Source: Paramecium tetraurelia (Eukaryota). From it: a DNA stretch of 64,000 nt. Below, one piece after another: positions 14,147 through 27,344 of the stretch. The notes under the pieces were generated by a model. It was not told where the DNA came from. It saw only the letters and a list, made by a program, of their open reading frames with translations, and ran no database searches. The translations under genes and the position numbers were made by a program. The stretch's first letter is position 1. Each line of letters begins with the position of its first letter. The DNA lies in NCBI GenBank assembly GCA_000165425.1, contig CT868285.1:124001-188000 (forward strand), read 5' to 3'.

Positions 14147-17088
14147 ATGAGAATGCATGCCCTGTTTGTGCTGTTGATGTACGCAGCAGCATTGAATTTC
14201 GAGGCATCTTTGATGTCACATACATTAGCAGAAGTAGATGCGTTGGACACTTCGCAATTGAATTGTCAAACTCCTCGATCACACTTCGACGAGTTGGAGT
14301 AAACCTTGACTCAATGGTAGAATGTTTTGGAGAATAAGGAACGCATTCCTTCACACATTGAAACATTAACTGAAATGAAACACTTAATTAAACACAAAAA
14401 GTATTAGTAGCTGGTTGATAAGATCAAAGACTTGGATCTCATATCCCCACCAGTGCTTTCTGAATTATAAAACAAATTACAAGGATTGCAATCTCATGGG
14501 TAACAAGTTTTAATTAATAATTAAGATAAACATGAAAGAGAAGAATGCACAGAAACATTAACAAAATTGTGTGCTTATCTTATTAAATAAATGAATAATG
14601 TTCACTAACAATGCTAGCAATCACCAGTCACAGTCATTAAAGTCAAAGGTAAGATCGAAGATCTCAAGATTATTCAATCTGGATGTTAATAAGCATGCTA
14701 GCCAACATGTCCAGATGAACCTGTGCCAGAAGTTCCTTCAGAACTCCCAAGTGAGGAATTCGGTGAAGAGCCAGTAGAAGAAGGTGTTCCTCCAACAACT
14801 CCTGATGATGAACCAACTCCAGATGATAAACCCACTCCTGATGATGAACCTACTCCAGATGATAAACCAACCCCAGATGAACCTGTAGTACCTTAAGATG
14901 AGGAAGGTCCAACTGATGAACCACCTGTTAATCCAAATACCGAAGAATCACCTGATTAACCAATAGTGGCAGAAGAGGGAACAGAAGAATGGACTATTCC
15001 AGGAGAAGAACCAGAAGTACCAATAGCAGTACCAACTACACCTGATTAACCAGAAGAAGATCAAGAAGAATCTTCAAATCCACCTGTCTCCCCTGATCCT
15101 CTAGTATTCCCACCAGAAGAAGAAGAATCATTTGGTTTTGAAGAAACCCCTCTTCCACCAGTTTCTCCTGATCCTTTAGTTTTCCCACCAGAAGAAGAAG
15201 AATCATTCGGTTTTGAAGAAACCCCCCTTCCACCTGTTACTCCTGATGCTTTAGTATTTCCAGAGGAAGAGGAAGAATCATTCGGTTTTGAAGAAACACC
15301 CCTTCCACCTGTTACTCATGATCCTTTAGTGTTCCCAGAGGAAGAAGAAGAATCATTTGGTTTTGAAGAAACACCACATCCACGTATTTCTCCTTTGCGT
15401 TTTCCATTCTCAGAAGAACATGAAGAGATCGTATTTGAAGAAGAACAAGAAGAATAAGATCCAATTATTTGCCAATCATCTGAATCTACAGATATTATAG
15501 AATTGACAGCTACTTAGGTTGACCCTGGATTTAGTAGCACACTTACAATTGCAGGCGAATATGGTTTTGGTTTATACTTCTAAAGATTGTAAAAATATCC
15601 AGCCTTTGCTGAGGGTGATGAATTCCATTTAGCCAGTTTATAAGATAATGGAAACACAGTTTTGGGAGTATTTGTAACTAATACAGGTGTTAAATGTGTT
15701 ACTGTTGATGGATCTACACATTAATCTACATCTGTATCCAATAGTGACTTTGAAGGTGAATNNNNNNNNNNNNNNNNNNNNNNNNNNNNNNNNNNNNNNN
15801 NNNNNNNNNNNNNNNNNNNNNNNNNNNNNNNNNNNNNNNNNNNNNNNNNNNNNNNNNNNNNNNNNNNNNNNNNNNNNNNNNNNNNNNNNNNNNNNNNNNN
15901 NNNNNNNNNNNGCACACTGTCTTCAGATTATCTGAAAATGCAGATGCTGATTTGGAAGAGATTAAATTAGGAGACAGAGATTTGGCTGTCTTTCTTGGTA
16001 GTGGATTGGTTGGAGGTGTATTTTCATTTTCTACTTACACATATTCAGGATCTGGTAATCCTAATTTATGGGATAATGTTTAATATACAAATACATTGGG
16101 TTAATGGCATCATATTTACTTTGGATACAACAGACTTTAAAGAATGGCTCATTTTACACTTTATTTAATGGAAGAACAATTGATTGGAGCAAATTAATTT
16201 TATGATGCCCGCCATTATCTTGTTCCTTGGAGGAGACTTTATATTGGTAATGATGGTTTATACCCTGCTTTCAATGGGTAATTCTATAATTGGCGAGTCA
16301 ATCGTTGTATTGGTGACGCTGCTCGTGATGTTGTACTGACACCAGATGATATCCCTTTTGGATATAATCCTCAACCTGTAATTCCTGAAAGTCGTGCAGC
16401 TCCATAAATTGAAACTTTTGCATCTCCTGAAGAAGAACAACCATATTTGGGGAGAAGAAGAATAAGAATTTGTTCCTGTTACACCAGATGCAGTTCCAAA
16501 TGTTTTACCTGAAGAAGAACAACCATATTGGCCAGAAGAAGAGGAAGAGTTTGTTCCTCCTGCTCAAACATTTGCATCCCCTGAAGAAGAACAACCATAT
16601 TGGGGAGAGGAAGAATAAGAATTCGTCCCACCACCTGTAAGTCCTCCAGTTATTCCTGATGAAATTTAACCAGAACCATTACCTGAGCCTGAACCATAAC
16701 CAGAACCTGAAGCTGCTCCTGCTCCTTCACCTAAACCAGCTCCAGGACCAGCTCCTCCTTCTGAACCATAAGTTCCAGTTGTCAAAGAGTATTAAATATT
16801 TGCCTATGTATTTTTAGATGTGAAGCAACAATTGATGTCACTAAAGAAAATGCTGCAGATATTTTATGTGCTATTTCTGAGTATTTAGCTTAATTAGCTT
16901 CTGGCCATGTCCCAGAATTAGATATCAATCCATCAAGAGTTTGTTTCTGTTTGTAATATGATGATAGTAATACTCAATATTTATTATTATTAGGTGATTC
17001 AAATGAGTCATTCATGCAGGTTGAAGCCATTCTTAAGGAAAATGATGCATTCACTATCAACCAATTAGTTGGTTAAAGAAGAATTTGA
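14147..17088 (+). CDS. Secreted Pro/Glu-rich repeat protein with LamG/ConA-like module(s); interrupted by an assembly gap and an apparent frameshift
   Basis: Signal peptide MRMHALFVLLMYAAALNF, then acidic Pro-rich repeats. Beta-sandwich-type segments EYGFGLYFQRLQKYP and LGDRDLAVFLGSG..FSTYTY..WHHIYFGY. Ends LVGQRRI* at 17086-17088. Confidence 0.7.
14798..14885 (+). repeat. Coding tandem repeat, 18-nt unit (PTPDD[E/K]) x about 5
   Basis: actcctgatgatgaacca / actccagatgataaaccc variants read directly. Confidence 0.9.
15079..15420 (+). repeat. Coding tandem repeat, 75-nt unit (PPV[S/T]PDPLVFPPEEEESFGFEETPL) x 4 plus a degenerate copy
   Basis: gaagaagaatcatt(t/c)ggttttgaagaaac recurs every 75 nt. 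Confidence 0.9.
15762..15911. other. Assembly gap (150 N)
   Basis: Run of N. The reading frames on either side are offset by a non-multiple of 3, so the gap length is an estimate. Confidence 0.99.
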
Positions 17089-18112
17089 TTTAAATAATAA
17101 ACATCATCAAATTTATAATCTACAAGTTCTTAATTATATTATCATTTTTCATGTATATTTGAGTTTAAGACTTTTTCTTTAATGTTTTAGCTTAATCAAC
17201 ATGATTTAATAAATCATTGAATTTGTCATGAAATTTGAGAAAAAAATGAGAGATTTATAAAATATCCTTATATTGGAAAATTAAATAATAAAATTTTCAA
17301 TTTATCTGGGAGCTTTGTATTAATAAATATAATAATATTTAACCTTGTTATTTTAGATTTAATAACTCTTTCATGATTAACAAGCTTTATTGCGTTTTAG
17401 CAAAATTCTGAAATAAATCACAGGTGTATCTTATAAATTTAATGAGAAATAATTTATTAAACTATAAATTATCAATTATATTTTATATCAATGTTAGAAC
17501 TAGGTTATAAACTGAAAAATAAGAGCATTTAGGAGTATCAAAGTCTCGATTCATGAGATCAAACATATCTTTTCATTAGTTCATTTGAATATTACAATTT
17601 GTTGTTGAATCCAAAATTCAAAAAGTTTCCACTATTTTCGTTTATAAATGATAATATTTTATATTCAACTAATAAATAAATAAATTTCTTCTAGTTATTT
17701 AAATAAACTTAATCACTTAATAGGAGAATAAACAAGAAAATTCCATGATTAACAATGTGCCTGTACAATTTAATATATAATTATTAATATATAAAATATG
17801 ATATCCAGTTATATTCTTATCTGAATCAACTTTTTATACACTATCTAATTAAATTAAACCATTTTATTTAATAGTAATTTGATCTTCATTATGAATAATA
17901 TGATATGGGATGTAGACTCATTAAGTAATAGCAATAAAAATACTTTCAAAATTAAAACAGAATTTTGTTAATTATATGCTAAAAATTAACTTAAAGATTG
18001 TATCAATACACGAATGATGATTGAGAGTATTAGTATTCGTTTTCTTTTTTTGGCTATCGAATTATCTATTAAAGTTATTGGAATTTGTTTTATATGATGC
18101 AATATTAATTTA

Positions 18113-20259
18113 ATGAAGGGAAATATATTTCACGTAGAAATCAGCTCTTAAAGGCAATAATTCAAATCTTGCCTCATTTGTTTCAAAGATTTTAGTGTGA
18201 TGACGAAAGAACATCAATGTAAAAGGTACGAAATGTCTGATTAAACTTAAGATGTAAACGAGCGGTGTGTGACAAATGTGCTTAAAATAAAATGATTATA
18301 TTGGGTTATTCGAAAAGCAAAGATCCTCATAGGGTTTGTAACATATGTAAATCTGAGACGGATATCCTTAAATAATTTGTTAAAACCAATATTATCCAGT
18401 TTAATAAAGATTCACTAGGAATGGAGTGGCTTAAAAATCTTGGTGTGGACATTCGATAGATAAAAGAATAATACAAAATTTAAGATTAGAAGGATATGCT
18501 TGAATACACTTAGTTTATGAATTAGTTGGATTCCATTTACGATGAGATAGATAGAAAAATGAATTATTCAATAAGAGACTTTCTGAGTTTGGTAGTGTAG
18601 GTAGACAAAGGTTCGGTATTGGGCTCTATCAGGAATGTCCTTGGAACCTTCCTCAGAAATCATCCAGAAGTTGGCTATCACCCAAGTTTGGTTTTCACTA
18701 CTTTGATTTTACTGTGTTTAAGCTCTGAAGTTACATCTTATGGATTGCTCAAAGTGATGTACACACAAATAATTCCTAAAGCCTTGCATTTTCGTAACTT
18801 AAGACTCGGCTACGACTTTAAATCTGAGCTTGGTGTGATGATCAAATCATTCCACAATTTGAAAATTCCAACTGAACCTATCAAGCCCTTTCTGTAAGAA
18901 GTGGGGCCATACATCGTGTCTTTGACAATAAATGCTTTTGAAATATAGACATCTCTGTTCATGTTCTCTTAATTATTTTAAGAAGATGGATTTAATGAAT
19001 TTATAAAGGTGCTTGCTTGTTCGTTTAGTGTTCATCAATTCAAAGAGTCTGTAGAAAGGAACAAATTATTTATCCTTTGGAATGTCAAAGATCAATAGTT
19101 TTAGAAATACTATTACGAAACGAAAAAACAAAGAAGTGACTCTAATAGCAGTGTGAGATCGATGAGTCAATCAGAATAACAATAATAATTAGAAAACAAA
19201 TTTAAATAATAAATCAGTTTACTTCAATAAGAAAATTCATCCTTAAAATAAGAAATGGCAGTTGATAAGATTAAGATTTCTAAACAAAAAATAGAGATCG
19301 ATTAGCTGGCTGATTAAATATCAAGTTTTTAGGACGAAATCAAGAATTTAAAACTACAATATCAGAAAATTGAAACAGAAAACTCTAATCTTTTGGAATC
19401 CAATCAAAATCTGAAATTATAATTTATGAAATAAGAAAAGGCCAATGAATCATCATCTTTTACATTATCCACTAAAAGTGATTCAACCCATCTAGAGAAT
19501 GAACTCTTAAGATGTAAATAAGAAATTGAAGTCTTAAAGCTTTAAAACACTAATCCAACCTAAATGACTTAATTAGTTAAATTAAAGAATGAGTAAATTG
19601 CAAAATTAACTCAAGAAAAAGCTGAATTAGAAAAAAAAATAGAGGAGCTTGAAGAACCTAAAATATCTAAGAGAACATCCTCAGTTGCTTAAATTAGTAG
19701 TGTTATTAAAGACTTAGAGGATGGTAAAAATCTACTTGAAAAGAAAAATTAAGAAATCTTGTATTTAAAAAAATAAATATAAGAATTGTAATTATAGAAA
19801 AAAACAGATTAATCTATGACTTCATCTCAAACTTTAGTTGAGATCTCTCAAAGAAATTCTAAAGTTGATAATGAAGATGATGTTTCAGATGATCTTCAAT
19901 TATTGATTCAAGATTCAGATCCTGCCAAAAAAATAGCTGTTAGGAATATTAAATAGATGATAAGTAAATTAAATGAGGAACTTATCTATTATAAGACTTC
20001 AGCAAAACTAAAGAAAGAATAAGTAGAACCATTCCGTTAGAAAAGTGAGTCATTATAAAAATAATTGGACTATTTAGTTGAATAAAACAAAGAATTATAA
20101 ATTGAAATTGAGCATAAATAAGATCTGATATAAGAACTTGAAAAAAAGAAAGTCAAACAAACTATTGATCCAAGACCATAAGTTGTTCAAGATGATAGAC
20201 GAGTCTTGAACGAAAACAAGCAAAGTTGTGCTGCAAATTCAGATTGCAAGATTTTCTGA
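18113..20259 (+). CDS. FYVE zinc finger + degenerate TBC/Rab-GAP-like region + coiled coil + C-terminal CaaX
   Basis: CLICFKDFSVMTKEHQCKRCKRAVCDKC...HRVCNIC after removing intron 18226-18251. IRNVLGTFLRNHPEVGYHPSLVFTTLILLCL is TBC-like. Ends SCAANSDCKIF*. Confidence 0.75.
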
Positions 20260-20598
20260 ATCAAATATATAACAAATTAATTCATTTATATTGTTTAAGT
20301 TTTGAGCATAGCAATTTGATATTGCTGTTCATTATGATTGTAATTTAAATAATTTGTCTTAATTTTATATCTGCTAGTTCTGCTTCTTTTCATAATCAAT
20401 GAATCAAGTATGGCATCATTCTCCTGAAATTGATTTCTAGCTGATCCCAATTATAATCATCAGTTCATCTTGATTATGTAAATAGAATTATTGTATCTAA
20501 TTATAACAATTTAAAGATACTATTTTAAATAGCAACTTTAATTTCTAATTCTATAAAACTTCCAGAATTACTTTTATTTATAATTTATAAAAAAATAG

Positions 20599-22711
20599 AT
20601 GGAATTTAAAACAACCATTATCTCAACTGAATATATGTTCGACTACTATGAGAAAATTCCTGATTAGGATAAGGACTAGGTTAAAGAACTCCAAAAGAAT
20701 AATAAGAATATATTAAAATTGAAATTGAAAGATAAAGTAAAGGAGAGGTTGAAAAACCAAGAAATAGAGACGTTATAAAAAGATAGTGAACGGTTGCCAG
20801 AATAATTAAAGAAGGTAGAAAATGAATTGAAGAACATAGGAATAATCAAAGCAAATAGAAAATCAATAGAGGAGCATAGATGAGAGATTGAGAAATATAG
20901 AGAAGAAATATAGCACTGAAAATACATACATTGCTTTTGATATTAAGACACTTAATTTATAATATAATGAAGAGAAAATCATTAGAAGATGTAAATATAT
21001 AGGTATCCAATAACCCTTGATTTGTTATATGCATGACAAAAAAAATACATATCTATTGTTTAATGATATCCTGGAGTATAAACTGTCTGGTGAAAAATTA
21101 GAGACATTAACAATATAAGATTATAATAGAATATTGGTATAATTAATATTAAGTATGTAATTTCATTAAAATTAAAGTTTTCAATGAGTTTGAACTCAGA
21201 AATTTTTACTGGGAAATAAGTGATTTGAGTTAGTTGTATTATATTGACGGATTTCTTTAAACGCTAGTTATCGATTATGTGAAAAATGAAAACAAATATG
21301 AAAGAGAACAACTATTCAAACAATTAAGTAATTTATTTTAATATTCTAAGTCGACAAACATTTCTCTAAGCATTTAAAATCGCTCAACATTGATATTTTC
21401 AATGAAGATGATTAATTTAGAAATTTGTTGATGTGTTTATTGGATCAAGAATAAATTCAATCAGGATAATTTGGACTTGAAGCTGCTTTTGAATAAGCAA
21501 TAAAATGGCTGTTAAATGTAATAGATTTCAAATAATTATATTACACTCCCTACTGCATCATTAAATAGTTTGATACTCCTTAATAGATTAAAAAAGCAAT
21601 ACATAATTTGCCTGAAAAGATGGTTTTTAAATAGAAAAGAGTTCACTAAAACCATAAATTTTATGAACAACTAATAATAAACTTAGAAAGAGAAATTGAA
21701 ATATCAGAAAAAAATATGGAGTATAAATAATTATCATCATGCTTATTTTATATTAGAATTTTAGGAAAACCATTTCTTTTTATGAAACTTTACAAATACC
21801 ATCTTGGTGATATTTTATAATAATGGATTGAGAAGAAGAATATTGAATACTAGAAATTAAAAGTCTATCACTTGTGCGAAAGCTTTTCAACTGCATTATT
21901 TGGATTGAAATTGGCTAATTTTATTCATAGAGATTTGAAACCTCAAAATATATTTTTAGATGATTGGGATGAGGATGATATTGACTTTATGCTAAAATAG
22001 TCCATTGTTATTGCTGATTTTGATAGATCAAAAATGCATGATACTTCTGAATCTAAAGGATAATTTAAAAAATAATAACTCAATCAACAAACAAAATAAT
22101 TTGGATGTTTTAGCAGAAATATATTATGGTCAGAAAATTCTGGATAAGATGACCCACAAAAAAAGGATATTTAAATGGTGAATTAGACATCGTCAGAATA
22201 AATTAGATAATATGACTAAGAAAAAATTGAAGACGAAAATATTGTGTCAAATTCAGTTTAAAATGATTCACAAATAATAATAGAAGGAAAAATGACTGTA
22301 TTAAATTCAGAAAATACTGGACAATATGACCCACCAGAAGTTGAACAAACATTTAGTTATGATGTTTGGTAATTTGGTCTTATCTGCTTATCAATTGCTA
22401 ATAAAGGTGTTTTTGCCGGACACAAATTTGGAGGCAGAGCTCTTGATGACAAAGAATACAATTAATATTTTTCCCTTGAAGCAATAAAAAACACTTTAAG
22501 TCATACAGATTATTCAGAAGAGTTTTTGAAGATGTTGGCAGAATGTTTGCAAAAAGATTACAACATTAGGAAACCTCCTTATTTAGAAAAAGGGAGGTAT
22601 TAAACATAGCTAAATGGAATATTGTGGAAATTGCGTAGCGAAGAGTATGAAAAAGAAATGAAAAAGTTAAAGGAGAATGAACAAAAAACAAAATAAATTA
22701 TTTAGTAATGA
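20599..22711 (+). CDS. Atypical protein kinase (degenerate kinase-like module + kinase with DFD)
   Basis: HRDLKPQNIFLD, IVIADFDRSK, YDPPE, YDVWQFGL. Introns include 20815-20839 and 21153-21177. Confidence 0.8.
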
Positions 22712-22836
22712 AGTAATTCACTCTTTTTTAATCATAATGCTTTCTTCATTTCAATTGTCAAAATTAGAAGATTATTCTTCATTGTAGCTTATAAATTGGA
22801 TATTAGAATCGTAATCTTATTTTACTTCATCCAATT

Positions 22837-23407
22837 TCATCTAAATCTTCTACAATTTGGCTGCCTCTTTGTGTTTTTATTTTCTTTATAATAAAAAGTT
22901 GTCTGGATCTTAAGCACCCAATAAATATTATTCAATAGCCAGTATAAATTCCTCTACATCTTCAATTCTATTGGATTATATCAGATCTAAAAAGGCACAA
23001 TTCTCCATGTAAAATTAAAACCATTTCCTACATATTTCATTGCTAAATAAAGCTTGAAAATCTTTAAGTATGTAAGTTGATTGTTTTCCTTTATTTTTTT
23101 TATTTAAAAATCTTTCCATTTATTATGGGAATGGTGGTCGAGATTTTTACCCTCTATTTATGATGGCAACATTGTCCATAAACTTTTTAAAATTGTTCCC
23201 AAATGTTTTTGGAATATTTTTAGAATTGGTTTCTTTGTTTATTAGAGTGTAAAATCGTTATTAAGGCATTTTGGTTTATTCTTTTGAAATATATGCTTTA
23301 AAAGGAGGTATGATTTCATTTGATGTATATTAGTATTGCTCATCTTCATTATTTGAATCGATCTTTTTTAAATTCTCTTGACCTTCCTCATTCTCCAAAT
23401 AATTCAT
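22837..23407 (-). CDS. Hypothetical protein, probably from a ciliate-specific family
   Basis: Frame MNYLENEEGQENLKK...KNIPKTFGNNFKKF...ICRKWFQFYMENCAFLDLIQSNRIEDVEEFILAIEQYLLGAQDPDNFL...RRFR*. Confidence 0.7.
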
Positions 23408-24382
23408 TGGTTATTGTTTTTAATATAATATAATGTATGTTAATATTTAATTTCCTATTTATTTTAAAGATGATTCAAAATAATTGCAAATTGATTCACA
23501 TGTAGATTATAGTTTAATTTTTTATTCTATTTAAAAATGTTGGCTTCTTTATGAGTATTGATAGCATTTTGAAGATTCCTAAACAAGATTTATTTATATA
23601 CATTATTTATCAAGAATATAAAAACTAATTAATGAAAATATCTGAAAATGGAAATTGATATTAAATAGATGTTATTTTCATTTTAATATGATAATTATAA
23701 CGTCCAAACTATCCATTTTGTTTATCTATAATGATGAAGGATCAGTTGAAATTGTTTAGTACTCTGAAAATTATTACTATAATTTTAATAATCAATTGAT
23801 TTTTCTTAAAATTCATTATCAAAATTTGTTAGTTTTTAAAAAAAGAACTAAAAAATATTATCTAAGCTAATTCCATTAAAAATATTATGAAAATTTTTAT
23901 AGATTTTCCATTTTTTAAATTTATTATATTATGATTGTGCCTATATTGTTTGTTTTTCAATGGATAAGGACAGAATAATCAATTTCGAGGATATTTAAAT
24001 TAAGATTGAAAATATTATAATTTTAAAATCATCAACCTTCCATTTTTACTGAAACCAAAAAATTTACAAAATTAATTTATCTATATATCTTAAACTTAAT
24101 ATGTTATGAGGACTTTTTCAATTAAATACCTCTAAAGCTATAGGAAAAATAAGAATTTCGATGGAATATGGCGTTTAAATGCTTAACTTAGTTAGAATAA
24201 TTTTTATATATTTTCCATTCTAATTGAAGAGAGATATTTTAAAGCATCGCACCATAATTAAGCAAAAATAGAATTTCAAAATTCATTAAAATTGAAGATA
24301 ATCAAATTCCCTAAGGCCCTAATAAATTGCAATAAGAAAAATGGATAAGAGTTACATAAGATAACATACATTAATATGTATT

Positions 24383-24886
24383 TCATTGTAAAAATTGAAC
24401 TTGATAGTTTATTACTTCGATTTACTATTTGAGTTTGGAAATATCTTGTTGAAAGAAGCTGGAGAAAAAATAGTAATAAATGGATACTTATTTTGTTCTT
24501 TAAAATATGATTGGATTGCGTTAATATTTAATTCTTGAGCGGAAGATATTTGTTGCAAATGAGATCTGAAAGTTTATGATTGTTAAATGACTTATTTCTT
24601 AATTTATGACTATTCAATTTTCAAAGATTGCAACTTAAATTTGATCTATGTGGATTAAGGATATAATATGTACAGATTTCAGAGTTTACTTTAGTTTAAT
24701 TTCTTTCGGAGTTGGTTTGCTTTAGGGCTTAAATTTAGTTGGAGCAAGGGATTTGCCATGAATCATAAATTATATAGGCGGTTAAGGGGATGATTAATAT
24801 AAATGAGGTTTTCTGGATAAGGCGGCTGATTCATTTCTAACGATAAACATCTGTCTATGTGAGTTTTTGGATGTTTAAGTTTTCAT
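24383..24886 (-). CDS. Small basic hypothetical protein
   Basis: MKTQTSKNSHRQMFIVRNESAALSRKPHLYQSSPQPPIQFMIHGKSL, one GTA..TAG intron, TGA at 24383-24385. Confidence 0.55.
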
Positions 24887-25403
24887 TATTAAATAATTAA
24901 ATTGTATGTTTCATTAAAGAAATAATAGACAGATAATAAATATAGTTAATTAAAAAGTTCATAAATGGCGAGCATCAAGATCTTAAGTAATTAAAATATA
25001 TATAAATTGCTTGATTAAAATTTAAATCAATTATTATGGATTGCTTGGATGAGAAGAGGCAAATTATATAGGTTCTTAAAGCAATTCTAAACAAAAATTA
25101 TCAAATTTATGGAGAAAAACACTAATCATTGGAGAAATGAGAACTTTTTATTCACTTATTTAACGATACTTTTAGATATAGGGGATGCATTTTTTTTATT
25201 ATATGTTTTCCTAAGACATTTGAAAATAATAAACACTTAAAAAATTATGTAATTTGAATATCGAAAATTATATACAAGTCTTTACTTCAATTCTGGTTGC
25301 AGTTCTCTAAAATCTATCACAAAATATTCTAAAAATTAGAAATAATAATTATATATTATTAGGTGATTCTGTATTTGAATGAATAATTTATTTTATTATA
25401 CAA

Positions 25404-26084
25404 TCAATAAATGTTTGATTCTTTTTCTATGATTTTATCTGAAGCACTCAGCAATTGAATAAAATTGATATACTATTTAATGATGATTAAAAATTTTACA
25501 TGTTTTAAGCATAAGAATGGAACTGAAATGTACATTAGTGCTTAAATGACAAACCAATCAATAAATACATTCAAATACAAAGTTACCATTGCAGTCTTTA
25601 ATGTAAATATGAATTATAATTACTTCGCTTAATAAAACCATGATAAATAGCATGTATGGTACTTTGTAGTAAATCTCTAGTATTTTGTATTTAGAGACTG
25701 CTGTTTTGTGATGTTTTTCATTGCAATATAAAGTTGAGTACATCTGATACCAATGACTACATAAATCCAAGGCTAATGCCCATAAAAACAAAAATCCAAT
25801 AGTGGGATATAATTTATAGAGTACTGCCAACAAACAAGCATTAGAGAATCTATCAGTGACCTAGAGATATTAATCGAAAGGAATACCATGTCTAAGACAC
25901 TTCCAAAAACACTGCATTAATTGAATTTTCTGGCAGCCATTCCATCAAAAAGATCACCCAATTAACTCACAGAGTAAGCAACAGCTGAGACAATTGGATC
26001 AAAGCTTCCTGTGTAGCAAAAGAGAAGAGCACATATCACTCTTGCATATCCAATTAGATTTGGAATATAAAAGTATACAGACAT
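25404..26084 (-). CDS. PIS1: Phosphatidylinositol synthase (CDP-diacylglycerol--inositol 3-phosphatidyltransferase)
   Basis: MSVYFYIPNLIGYARV; CDP-alcohol phosphotransferase motif DLFDGMAARKFNQCSVFGSVLDMVTDR; LDLCSHWYQMYS; HHK. Confidence 0.95.
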
Positions 26085-26102
26085 ATGTAATTAATTAATA
26101 TA

Positions 26103-26804
26103 TCATTTTATAAACATTAACACTCTCAATAAATCATCACCATCAAATCCACAACTATCAAATGTTCTCAATTTGTTATACCCATTTCTTCCCTAAGCCA
26201 ATATCAATTTCTGATCCACTGAATAAAACTCCTCTAAACTCATATCCTTTACTAATTCTGTTCCAACCTTACCAACAACGTAAATTTTATCACATTTAAA
26301 TGATTTGGTTGGTTCATTAGGTTATAATTCATACTCCTCAATTTCTGTCAATAGATTCTTAGTAACTTTAATGGTTGGTATCTTTAAATCAGCCATTGCC
26401 TCATATATGGATGTACAAATAGCCTCTAAGTAAGCAATATCTATTTAGCATAATAGAAACACTTCAACAACCAACACCCATCCTTTTTGACCAACCTTTA
26501 ACTCACTCATATCAGTTTTATAAAGAGATTCTAATAGCTCTTAAAGATACTAAGCTTTTTATTTTTCATCATTTGTTCTCTTCATTGAACTTACATTTAT
26601 TTTAATTTATGACTAATCGCCCAATTCCAACTTAATTCCAGTGTAGATTGTGATTTCTCCCTCATATTTGCATGAACCACTAGTACATATAAGATGAGAT
26701 CTCAACAATTTAGTTTCTCTCACTTCATTATTTTTACGTCCATCACTCCTTATGTTAACTACAATTCCTCCTTTAATGAATTCTATTTATCCTGTGCTTA
26801 ACAT
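26103..26804 (-). CDS. RRP42: Exosome RNase PH-like subunit, RRP42/EXOSC7-like
   Basis: MLSTGQIEFIKGGIVVNIRSDGRKNNEVRE...IYTGIKLEL...GWVLVVEVFLL...DLKIPTI; no introns needed. Confidence 0.75.
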
Positions 26805-27344
26805 TAATATTTTTCACTAATTAATTTAATACTTTATAAATTTAATTCTAATATTCAAAACAGAACAATATGAAATAACTCATTTAAATTCTTTTTCTTT
26901 CAATTTAATCAAGATGTTTTAGAAATAAATTCAATCCATTTTAATGTACTCATTATTATCAAAATAAATAAATTATTATATAACAAATGCTAATTTTGAT
27001 GAATGAAAGATGAAATAAAGCAAATGATAGAATAAAGATAATTTCAATTCTTGTAGATCAAATAAGAAATATTACTCATTTACATTATTACTTAAGGGTA
27101 TTTATAGTGCAAATAATATATATATAAAATTTTCTGTATTTATCTTAATAGGATTAATTTAAATTCATGCACCTCATGTTTTCACTCTTGAATATTTAGG
27201 CATATTTGATGGAAATAAAGAGATCTAGATTTAAAATTTTATTTATACTATTATTAACAATGGTCTAGAATCGAGTTTAGACGATTTCAAAGGAATCTCA
27301 AAAATGTTAATGTAAAAATGAGAAGTTATAATATAATTAATTAA

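Noticed and set aside
15079..15420. Regularly spaced repeats as a possible CRISPR array
   Set aside because: They are contiguous in-frame coding repeats with synonymous variation, have no unique spacers, and the host is eukaryotic.
15687..15935. ORFs containing X runs
   Set aside because: Artefacts of the N gap.
20270..20520. Possible small minus-strand gene
   Set aside because: Coding-like pieces lie in several frames with no convincing start, stop or homology.
20815..20883. Apparent in-frame TGA (readthrough or selenocysteine)
   Set aside because: It is removed from frame by the 25-nt intron at 20815-20839.
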